Shown one piece after another: positions 9,173 to 16,347 of a stretch of 64,000 nt of DNA. Below the pieces are notes generated by a model. The model made no database searches, had not been told where the DNA came from, and was given only the letters and a program-made list of their open reading frames with translations. Source of the DNA: Escherichia phage vb_EcoM_bov11CS3; the sequence record MT884009.2. The stretch is one strand, 5' to 3'. The translations under genes were made by a program, and so were the position numbers. How positions within the stretch are numbered: position 1 is the first letter of the stretch; every line of letters starts with the position of its first letter.

Positions 9173-9514
9173 TTACTCGTTTTCTTCCAGCTCCGCAAGC
9201 TCTTCTTTTGCTTCTTCTAGCTCTGTCTGTAATTCCTGGTATTCTTCATCGTCCTCAATATCCAGGCTGTCGATGTAGTCGCTAAATCCGCAGCGGTAAG
9301 CGATAGGATCTAGCTCCTTGAGGATACGCGACGGAAGAAAAGAAATGTTTCCGATCATGATTTCGCCGTAGATCTCGTCTAACCATTCATCATAGTTTTC
9401 GTCGTACTTGTCCTCGTCGATTTCAAAGGTATCGATCTTGTTCTCAAGGTCTGCGATCTGTTTTTTCAGTGCGGCAACCTGAATAGCTTTTTCTGCGGCG
9501 GTCATAGTAGTCAT
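9173..9514 (-). CDS. acidic coiled-coil protein (113 aa)
   Basis: ATG start; promoter 9566-9593. Confidence 0.55.
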   Translation of the reverse strand: MTTMTAAEKAIQVAALKKQIADLENKIDTFEIDEDKYDENYDEWLDEIYGEIMIGNISFLPSRILKELDPIAYRCGFSDYIDSLDIEDDEEYQELQTELEEAKEELAELEENE

Positions 9515-9565
9515 GGTGTTTTCTCCTTTTGTGTGTTCTGGGAAGTTTTCCCGTTTACGGGTTTA

Positions 9566-9593
9566 AGTATACCGATCTAAGTTAGCTTGTCAA
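9566..9593 (-). promoter_or_regulatory. sigma70-like promoter (TTGACA-16-TATACT)
   Basis: Hexamers read from reverse complement. Confidence 0.55.
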
Positions 9594-9713
9594 TTAAAAA
9601 TTTAAGAAAAATTTTGCAAAACTGTTAGCGCTACTCATTAACATTTGCGCCAGGATGTAACCGACAACGCAGACGATAATAGTTACCTTTGTGTATTGGC
9701 GTGTAGTGCCCAT
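9594..9713 (-). CDS. small hydrophobic peptide (39 aa), not in ORF track
   Basis: ATG with SD aggggg; predicted TM segment. Confidence 0.3.
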   Translation of the reverse strand: MGTTRQYTKVTIIVCVVGYILAQMLMSSANSFAKFFLNF

Positions 9714-9747
9714 CTTAAAGCCCCCTTTTTCGCTTAACTGAGATTAG

Positions 9748-9791
9748 TTTACTTTATTGATGGCCCTGGAGTCAAGGCCATCTAAAAATAA
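9748..9791 (-). repeat. 44-bp repeat copy C: promoter-like element with palindrome
   Basis: Identical to copy B. Confidence 0.7.
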
Positions 9792-9793
9792 AC

Positions 9794-10198
9794 TCAATAA
9801 GTTTTTAGTACTTTCCCGTCCAACCTGTCTAGCTGGATCTCAATGGCTGCAGAAAACCTATTATAAACCACGTCGCCCATGGAATCCAACCAGTCTATGA
9901 CGTTATACACTTGCTCTTTGTTCTTGCAGGTCCGGATCCGTTTCATGATGTAAGCCGGATCAATATTGGTACTCTCGTTGGTGTTCCCCTGTACCTGGTT
10001 TGCCGTATTAGCTACATCTTTAATGGCCTTTACCACCACCTGGAAGGGCTTTAAGGTGCCTTTTGCGTTCATCTCACGCGCTTTTGCGGCGCGGTTGTTA
10101 TAGGTTACACAACGGCGGCAAATGTTCACTAAGTGCATGTCAATAATTTTTTCATCGTTTGCCAGTTCGTTCATGATGCGGCGTACGTTCTTATTCAT
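9794..10198 (-). CDS. hypothetical protein (134 aa)
   Basis: ATG start; promoter 10247-10274. Confidence 0.55.
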   Translation of the reverse strand: MNKNVRRIMNELANDEKIIDMHLVNICRRCVTYNNRAAKAREMNAKGTLKPFQVVVKAIKDVANTANQVQGNTNESTNIDPAYIMKRIRTCKNKEQVYNVIDWLDSMGDVVYNRFSAAIEIQLDRLDGKVLKTY

Positions 10199-10246
10199 GA
10201 TCTTTTTCCTTTGTGCTGGCGGGAAACATTCCCGCCTTTTGTGTCT

Positions 10247-10274
10247 AGTTTACTTAAATTTTGCAGCGTGTCAA
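10247..10274 (-). promoter_or_regulatory. sigma70-like promoter (TTGACA-16-TAAACT)
   Basis: Hexamers read from reverse complement. Confidence 0.5.
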
Positions 10275-10280
10275 TGATTT

Positions 10281-10679
10281 TTATTCGTGGGCGCATGTCA
10301 CAATGTGCTTTTTATAGCCCAGGTGGTCAGCAAGTGCCGACAAAAACTCTTCTTCGTAGATCCAGCCGTCGGCAGTGATCCCCATAGCATTTAATGCACT
10401 CTCAAGTGCTGCGTTAGCTTTATCGTAACCGTGACCGCTCGCCTTGCCGCCAGTATAACCGTACTTATTGTTCTTGTTGTCGTGAATCCAAAACACGCAG
10501 TAGTGAGTGTTACCACTGGCGGCGGCATAATACCGGATCTCAGCTACTTCGTGCAAATTATTGTCATCGTCCAGGCCCACCAGATTATAAGCCTTGTAAA
10601 ATCCACGATCACGGCGGCAGTTCTTGACATCAGAAAAAGAAAAGTCCGCATTATCAAAATTAAAGGTAGTGGTTTTCAT
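10281..10679 (-). CDS. hypothetical protein (132 aa)
   Basis: ATG start; track ORF. Confidence 0.55.
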   Translation of the reverse strand: MKTTTFNFDNADFSFSDVKNCRRDRGFYKAYNLVGLDDDNNLHEVAEIRYYAAASGNTHYCVFWIHDNKNNKYGYTGGKASGHGYDKANAALESALNAMGITADGWIYEEEFLSALADHLGYKKHIVTCAHE

Positions 10680-10742
10680 GATTTTATCCTCTTAGTGTCT
10701 TTTGCGATTTCAGTGTATTTTGTGTCAGACCATATGTCAACA

Positions 10743-10939
10743 TTATTTTTTATTAAACCAGTGGTTGATCTGACCTTTTGTCAGGGCGCAACGGTTAAGC
10801 TGTTGCAGGGTATAGCTATGACCGCGACGAAATTTATAAAGGCCTTGCCCGTTGTTGATGGTTACATCCACCCGGCAAATCACTTGATTGGTGACCACCT
10901 GGCGAGTGTTGCGACGTACTTTAATTCCGTAGGCGTTCA
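10743..10939 (-). CDS. hypothetical small protein (about 65 aa; track extends to 11027)
   Basis: Internal ATG with SD agagg preferred. Confidence 0.4.
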
Positions 10940-11026
10940 TGATTTTTTTATCCTCTCTGTTAATTGGTGTGGTGTTGTTCACCTTGCGAGGATAAGAATA
11001 ACAAGAACTGTCCGAGCTGTCAACCA

Positions 11027-11202
11027 TTAGTTAAAATTATTTTTTGGGTAGAATTCTCCAGCCGCCGCCCCTGCCAGGTTAACCATCATTTTTTCGTACT
11101 CTTCTTTATGTTCCAACGCTCCCGCCATAGCCTTTTCAACCAGGGCGATAGCCTCAGCGTCATTAATAGCTACATTTTCCAGGGGGATCATATTACCTTC
11201 CA
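11027..11202 (-). CDS. small protein (58 aa), not in ORF track
   Basis: ATG with strong SD gaggagg. Confidence 0.35.
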
Positions 11203-11467
11203 TTTTTGTACCTCCTCTTCAATTGTTACCTATCCTATAGCATAGGCCCACCAGGTTTGCAAGCCTTCATTCTCTCCTACCTGGTCAGTTAGGCCCTGCC
11301 AGGCTGGCCCCGCCAGGTTGCAGCGGTCAGCGCATCAGGTTAGAAATTTTTTTTTGAAAAGTGTTGACAGCGGCCCCGCCAGGTGGCAAAATATACCTAT
11401 CGAAAGGACGGCAGGCACCGGTGACGGGGGAGACAACCACCGGGGATGGGCGCTGCATGAAATGAGA

Positions 11468-11484
11468 ACGATTATCATTATCGT
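11468..11484. promoter_or_regulatory. Fur-box-like palindromic operator (imperfect)
   Basis: acgattatcattatcgt resembles the GATAATGATAATCATTATC consensus. Confidence 0.35.
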
Positions 11485-11601
11485 CTAAAAATTTATGCAA
11501 AAACTTCTTGCTTTCTTTGTCCTGTGTGTTACTATAATAACAAGCCGGGGCAGTAGGGGCCGGGAGACAATCACCGGGCCTGCCCGTTATTCTGCAAACG
11601 A

Positions 11602-11616
11602 GAATGATTATCATTC
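11602..11616. promoter_or_regulatory. Fur-box-like perfect palindrome GAATGAT-T-ATCATTC
   Basis: Perfect 7-1-7 inverted repeat; 12 of 13 match to the Fur-box core AATGATAATCATT. Confidence 0.4.
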
Positions 11617-11732
11617 AAAATTCTAAATGAGAACTCCTCGCATTTAATAAATTTAATTAGCACGCTAATTACCCTCCGTAACAATTTCCTATAAAATAGT
11701 ATCCACTAAAATATTCCCATATAGAAATTTTA

Positions 11733-11910
11733 AAAATCCATTTCTGAAAACGAAAAATCGATTTCGTCCCCAAAAATTTCAGGTCGAGAGCCGGAACGAT
11801 TTCCAGAAAATCCGATTCAGAAAACGAAAAACAGATCGAGTACTGAGAAATTTATCGAGAAAAATTTTCAGAAAATTCAATCTTTGAAACGAAAAACAGA
11901 TCGAGTACTT
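11733..11910. repeat. Three degenerate 38-bp direct repeats (iteron-like)
   Basis: Copies at about 11733, 11808 and 11873 share gaaaacgaaaaacagatcgagtact. Confidence 0.6.
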
Positions 11911-12219
11911 GGAAAGCTGCGCCACAACTTCAAGGTAGTGGTCGGATTATTACTATAAAAGGTCAAGGGTAAGTGGGGGAAGTTCTAGTAGAAGGGTGTG
12001 AGCATGTGCGGGAAATCTGTAATGGTGGTCTGGAATATGGTGCAGACGATAGGATGAGTGGTTCATCTCGTCGTGCCTGCTCTGAAAAATCCATTTTAGT
12101 TTTCGATCCATTTTCTGATTTTCTAAGGATTTTAAAATATCCTGGTAGGTAAAATATCAAAAGGAGGAAATCCATTTTAGAAATCCTCCTGATCTCTGGC
12201 AACCTGATAACTTAAAATA

Positions 12220-12552
12220 TCAGGCTCCCAGTGTGTTCTTTCCTTTATACAACCGTAAGGGTATAGTTTTTGTAACAGTCCATCTCCCCAGCCCTTCCCA
12301 GTTCCAGTTGTAGGCATGGTACCCGGTTACGCATGCACTGCTGGAGTGATCATAGGCATAAGAGAACGCTATACGCACCAAATGAAACCAGTCTTTCCAC
12401 GGTTGTGGTCCGTAAGCTTTTCTCCAACACCGACACAAGCTAAATGTCTCAAGAATAGGCAGGATAACAAATCCATACACCGCCACCAGAATAGCCAACG
12501 CAATGATTGTCAGGAATACATACCCTGCAGTTGAAACGATGATCTCTGTCAT
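12220..12552 (-). CDS. membrane protein (110 aa)
   Basis: Hydrophobic N-terminal segment; ATG start. Confidence 0.5.
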   Translation of the reverse strand: MTEIIVSTAGYVFLTIIALAILVAVYGFVILPILETFSLCRCWRKAYGPQPWKDWFHLVRIAFSYAYDHSSSACVTGYHAYNWNWEGLGRWTVTKTIPLRLYKGKNTLGA

Positions 12553-12746
12553 TTGTCGTCCCCTTTCTTACGGATATAGATGTGAGAGCCTGCCTGTATA
12601 TAAATTTCTCGACCATCTTCTGCAAAGATATGAAATACACGATCACCTTCATACTCGATACGTGATATCTTCATAATGGTCTTTCCACCTGGGATGCGGA
12701 TCTCATCCCCCACAGCGATGTTCCATGCAGATTTAAGCTTAAACAT
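12549..12746 (-). CDS. hypothetical protein (about 65 aa; track start is GTG)
   Basis: ATG with SD aaggaggg. Confidence 0.45.
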   Translation of the reverse strand: MFKLKSAWNIAVGDEIRIPGGKTIMKISRIEYEGDRVFHIFAEDGREIYIQAGSHIYIRKKGDDK

Positions 12747-12984
12747 CTGCACCCTCCTTTGGGAGCTCTAACTCTGGCATAGCCATATACGCCACAACAG
12801 GGTTGTAATCAAAGTAGAAATGACCGTTAATTATCCCAGTTTTGTGCACATGGTCACCAGATCCTGCAAGAACAATCTCGCAAGCTCCGAAATCAACCTT
12901 GCCATTCTCATCTGCCATGGCTACAATATACTTTCCTAGAGGCATGTTTTCAACGCCGTCTACAAATGTCCACCCTTTGTTCAT
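12739..12984 (-). CDS. hypothetical protein (81 aa)
   Basis: ATG start; track ORF. Confidence 0.5.
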   Translation of the reverse strand: MNKGWTFVDGVENMPLGKYIVAMADENGKVDFGACEIVLAGSGDHVHKTGIINGHFYFDYNPVVAYMAMPELELPKEGADV

Positions 12985-13004
12985 ACTTTATCTCCTGCAC
13001 TTTC

Positions 13005-13337
13005 TTAAGGTAACCAGTAAACAATTTCGCCTTTCAGTTCCATGTCGTTACCGACATAGATTTTCCAGCCATCCATTTTAGCCACTGCAGGAGTGAAGTC
13101 CGTAGAACCACTAACCTCTTTCCAAGTCCCGTAGTCAGGTTGCCAGATATAGAATCCACCTTCCTTGTCCCATGCTCCATATACCACATCAAGAAGGTTG
13201 CCCATTGCAACAATAGTAGGCCGTGGGAATAATACATCTACAGATGCGCCACAATTTCGGGTAGATTTTAAATTACAATCCCAAAAGATGTCTGCCAGTG
13301 TGGCGGCAATAGCTTTACGTCTTTCTAATGTTACCAT
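13005..13337 (-). CDS. hypothetical protein (110 aa)
   Basis: ATG start; track ORF. Confidence 0.5.
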   Translation of the reverse strand: MVTLERRKAIAATLADIFWDCNLKSTRNCGASVDVLFPRPTIVAMGNLLDVVYGAWDKEGGFYIWQPDYGTWKEVSGSTDFTPAVAKMDGWKIYVGNDMELKGEIVYWLP

Positions 13338-13344
13338 ATCATAC

Positions 13345-13536
13345 TCACTTGTTGTTAATAAGTTCTAAAACTTTCTGTCTTACTTTGTCAAGGTCTGTGG
13401 ATTCAAAAACTGTACGGTATCCCCAACTTTGCCCATAGGAGTGACTGCAATCCCCGTAGCACCATTGCTCAATTTGATAGTATTCAAGGAACGGGTGCTG
13501 TCTAACTATGATACCATCCCGGTTAAAAATTACCAT
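13345..13536 (-). CDS. hypothetical protein (63 aa)
   Basis: ATG start; promoter 13568-13595. Confidence 0.45.
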   Translation of the reverse strand: MVIFNRDGIIVRQHPFLEYYQIEQWCYGDCSHSYGQSWGYRTVFESTDLDKVRQKVLELINNK

Positions 13537-13567
13537 AATACATCGCTCTCTGTTAGTTTATGCGTAT

Positions 13568-13595
13568 ATTATACACTGCAGTTTTCAGATGTCAA
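13568..13595 (-). promoter_or_regulatory. sigma70-like promoter (TTGACA-16-TATAAT)
   Basis: Consensus hexamers read from reverse complement. Confidence 0.55.
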
Positions 13596-13599
13596 CCTC

Positions 13600-13851
13600 T
13601 TACAGATTGCTCCAGTACAATCGGCATTTACATTTTGGGCAATGAGGTTCTTTTATATAATAACCATCAGTCTTTGGAACACTTTTTGGTGCAGTTTTAA
13701 GATTGTACCTGGTAAAACATCGGAAGCAGGTTACCTCTCCCACCTGTTGATCGTTGATCCACTCACCAGAGTAAAGTTCTTTCTTGTTTCTCATAATTCT
13801 CTCCCAAATCATCTGCAATCTTATACCAAAATCTCCAGCCAGAAAGCACAC
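13600..13851 (-). CDS. small Cys-rich zinc-ribbon-like protein (start uncertain; track start is GTG)
   Basis: C-terminal CxxC...CxxC pairs; an internal ATG at 13794 is an alternative start. Confidence 0.45.
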   Translation of the reverse strand: MCFLAGDFGIRLQMIWERIMRNKKELYSGEWINDQQVGEVTCFRCFTRYNLKTAPKSVPKTDGYYIKEPHCPKCKCRLYWSNL

Positions 13852-14020
13852 GGGAACACTTTGAGGATTGAATCTTTACTTGGCTCGGAAGTTCTTTTTC
13901 CGTATGGTAGGTAGAAATACCCTCCTGCAGATTCGAATATAGCTCCTTCGGTTGTATCTACCACAGCAAGAATTAAGATTTTAGTCTCCACAGTGCTCTC
14001 CTCTCTTAGTTGTTGTGGAA

Positions 14021-14049
14021 ACTATATCACCTCAGAAGATGGTCGTCAA
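14021..14049 (-). promoter_or_regulatory. sigma70-like promoter (TTGACG-17-TATAGT)
   Basis: Hexamers read from reverse complement. Confidence 0.4.
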
Positions 14050-14543
14050 CACTTTTTGTACTCTACTACAACCACATCAATATCTGTGGTTGCAAGATTA
14101 ATTACATCTTCTACATGTTCCCACTTTAGACCTCCAATACCGCATCCGATTTTAGGAATGTAGAACGGCAATGACATACCTTTGAATACCTCGTTGACTC
14201 GCTCAAAACCTTTCATGATTGAGAAGTATTCAGCATTGGGCCCTGGGTAGAACTGGGTATACAGGTTGATTCCATATACGACCCTGGTCTTGGCAAAATG
14301 CTCCCAACAAGAAAACATACCCAGCTTGTCTAGATTACCATAAGCAGTCTCTTTGTCGGCTGCCAGTGCTTGAGGGAACTCACGGGCAATATCTTTCGCT
14401 ATACCTGCACCCATTGTGTGAAAGCAGTTACAACCGTGGATCATGTGGCCTGACCCTTTCTTGAAAATGGAGATTAGATCTCCCTTTACAGTATCAATAA
14501 TCACGGTATTCCAGCTCCTCTTCTGCAATTTCCAAAAACTCAT
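14046..14543 (-). CDS. macro-domain protein (ADP-ribose binding or hydrolase family), about 165 aa
   Basis: GDL...IHGCNCFHTMGAGIAKDIAREFP parallels the macro motif GDIT...VNAAN...GGGV..AI; second motif PKIGCGIGG; start adjusted to an internal ATG. Confidence 0.65.
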   Translation of the reverse strand: MSFWKLQKRSWNTVIIDTVKGDLISIFKKGSGHMIHGCNCFHTMGAGIAKDIAREFPQALAADKETAYGNLDKLGMFSCWEHFAKTRVVYGINLYTQFYPGPNAEYFSIMKGFERVNEVFKGMSLPFYIPKIGCGIGGLKWEHVEDVINLATTDIDVVVVEYKKC

Positions 14544-14919
14544 CCCAACCCTGTGGCATATTTGAGTTGCCGAAGTGGCTTTCGTAGTAGAGATTTTTAC
14601 CACTTGGAAGGTAGAAATCTGTTACCTCATAGAATCCACAATCGTCGCACTCACCTTCTTCAAACTTGGCCTCAACCTTAATACCGAGGAAGGTGAAAAG
14701 TTTATGAATATCTTCAGTTTCGAACTCCCAGTGAATGTTGTTTTCCGCATCGGTGTAGAACTGGATCAGCAGACCATTGTCCAGTTTACCAAAATACTCT
14801 GTGAAGTAACTTCCTTCCCAGAAATCTTTATGACAAATAATATCCATGCGTTTGCCCATAATAATGGTGTGAGCGTTTTGGGCATCGTCACGAATCAGTT
14901 TTGGCATTTCATAGATCAT
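14494..14919 (-). CDS. hypothetical acidic protein (141 aa)
   Basis: ATG start; track ORF. Confidence 0.55.
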   Translation of the reverse strand: MIYEMPKLIRDDAQNAHTIIMGKRMDIICHKDFWEGSYFTEYFGKLDNGLLIQFYTDAENNIHWEFETEDIHKLFTFLGIKVEAKFEEGECDDCGFYEVTDFYLPSGKNLYYESHFGNSNMPQGWDEFLEIAEEELEYRDY

Positions 14920-14987
14920 CTTAGTTCTCCGGGTTCAACAGGTGGTGGTGCTACAGGAAGATCATAAAACATGGCTATCACAGTCTC

Positions 14988-15185
14988 TTACACAGGAATT
15001 GCTTCAAATAGACCGTTATCTATACCGTCCTTCAGATAGAGATTATATTCTATGTCGGTATCTGTATAAAGGGCAGCATCCAGCATTCTATCTGTGAGTC
15101 CATCCATCGGGTGGAGAAACCACCACCCACGCCAGTCAAAGTAACAGCCTGGTGCATCTTCTCTTACACGGATTCGATAAATCAT
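14988..15185 (-). CDS. hypothetical protein (65 aa)
   Basis: ATG start; track ORF. Confidence 0.45.
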   Translation of the reverse strand: MIYRIRVREDAPGCYFDWRGWWFLHPMDGLTDRMLDAALYTDTDIEYNLYLKDGIDNGLFEAIPV

Positions 15186-15281
15186 GGGCAGTGGCCTCCT
15201 GTTAGTTATACATCCCAGTTTTCTTCGTTCATCACGTCCTCCCGTTCTATGAAGTTATAATTGCACACCTTTCAATCTGTG

Positions 15282-15698
15282 TCAACAGAAAACTTCAACA
15301 AATTCTTCCACAGTTTTAATGTCGTGGGAAAAAGGTTTACGGCTATAACGGGCAATAGCACTATCAACCACCGCCCGGTACTCCAAATCTTCAGAATATT
15401 TCATGAAGCATTGTAGCGTCTCTGGACAGATAGCTAAATAGCTCCACCACCCCTCTTCAGATTGGTAGTCGAATCCCATACTCTCCAACCATGAAGCATA
15501 TACGCCTGCACCCTCAAGCCAGTGAGTGTTTTCATCCAGGAACTTGTTAACAGACATGTGGGCTTCCAAGCATTTATCCAACTCTTTTCCGTTAACCAGC
15601 CACGCACTGACCGTGGCGCATCCAAGGTCTACAGATTGAGTTGACAGGTTGTATTGGTCATAGTTCTCAGGCTTAACAATGATATCTTCTAATGTCAT
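15282..15698 (-). CDS. hypothetical protein (138 aa)
   Basis: ATG start; track ORF. Confidence 0.55.
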   Translation of the reverse strand: MTLEDIIVKPENYDQYNLSTQSVDLGCATVSAWLVNGKELDKCLEAHMSVNKFLDENTHWLEGAGVYASWLESMGFDYQSEEGWWSYLAICPETLQCFMKYSEDLEYRAVVDSAIARYSRKPFSHDIKTVEEFVEVFC

Positions 15699-15715
15699 TT
15701 TTCAGATCTCCTTAT

Positions 15716-15745
15716 ACAAAAATGCCCCACCCTTTCGGGCAGGGC
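15716..15745 (-). terminator. Rho-independent terminator with GAAA tetraloop (copy 1 of 2)
   Basis: Minus strand reads gccctgccc-GAAA-gggtggggc followed by a U-tract; identical hairpin at 26452-26478. Confidence 0.65.
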
Positions 15746-15760
15746 TATGTTAACTAGATG

Positions 15761-16339
15761 TTAGAAGTATTCATAGAGGTATCCATCGGGAGCTGGAATT
15801 TTTTCATGAATGTAGTAATCAACACATATCCCTGTTTCTCTTCGGCAAGAATTGTGGGATACCCATTCTTTAAGAACGTTACCATTCATGTCCAGCCTCC
15901 TTACATTTTTACATCGTCTACCGCTGGTGCTTCTATGCAACAGAATATCCTCCGTCTGCTTATCTTTATTTTCTCCCCAAGTCGTTAAACAGATATTATC
16001 AAAAGAGTACCCTTTGAAATCATCTATCCTGTCACAAGAAGGCTTTTTCCTTTTGTCGTATCCGCTGGCTACCCACTGATCATACAACTCTTTGTAACCG
16101 TTAAGGTATAGCCACTCCTTAAACTCTTTTTTGGTGTAAGTCGGAGGAGGGTGACCTCTTTGCTTGCTGTTGCACTTTTGAGCCTTGTACAACACACGTA
16201 TTACACCTTTTTCTGAAGAGTCTTTAGCAAATTGGTCAGCCTCCCTGCTGGCCTTCTTGCAACACTCTTTGCACGTTGATTTGTTACTGGTGTAGAAGTC
16301 GGGGGCCTCCTTGTCCTCTCCACAACGTTTGCATTTCAT
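15761..16339 (-). CDS. putative degenerate HNH-family (I-HmuI-like) endonuclease-like protein (192 aa)
   Basis: N-terminal CxxC...CxxC; core DRIDDFKGYSFDNICLTTWGEN resembles the HNH DN-L-x-x-T-x-x-EN core with the histidines replaced. Confidence 0.45.
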   Translation of the reverse strand: MKCKRCGEDKEAPDFYTSNKSTCKECCKKASREADQFAKDSSEKGVIRVLYKAQKCNSKQRGHPPPTYTKKEFKEWLYLNGYKELYDQWVASGYDKRKKPSCDRIDDFKGYSFDNICLTTWGENKDKQTEDILLHRSTSGRRCKNVRRLDMNGNVLKEWVSHNSCRRETGICVDYYIHEKIPAPDGYLYEYF

Positions 16340-16347
16340 AACTGACC

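Larger units (their letters stand above)
11230..12220. promoter_or_regulatory. Gene-free regulatory hub, candidate origin or control region
   Basis: No convincing ORF; GGCCC-N-CCAGG repeats; two structured GC-rich copies each ending in a Fur-box-like palindrome; three 38-bp iteron-like repeats; AT-rich tract. Confidence 0.5.

Noticed and set aside
11327-11614. 95-aa minus-strand ORF from the track
   Set aside because: It spans the structured GC-rich copies and Fur-box-like palindromes, lacks a ribosome-binding site, and has a Pro/Gly/Ala-rich translation typical of a frame read across GC-rich non-coding DNA.
11733-11910. Mini CRISPR array
   Set aside because: Only three degenerate copies with unequal spacing, no repeat stem-loop, and no cas genes or leader.
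11963-12202. 79-aa minus-strand ORF from the track
   Set aside because: No ribosome-binding site and a low-complexity translation inside the repeat-rich region.
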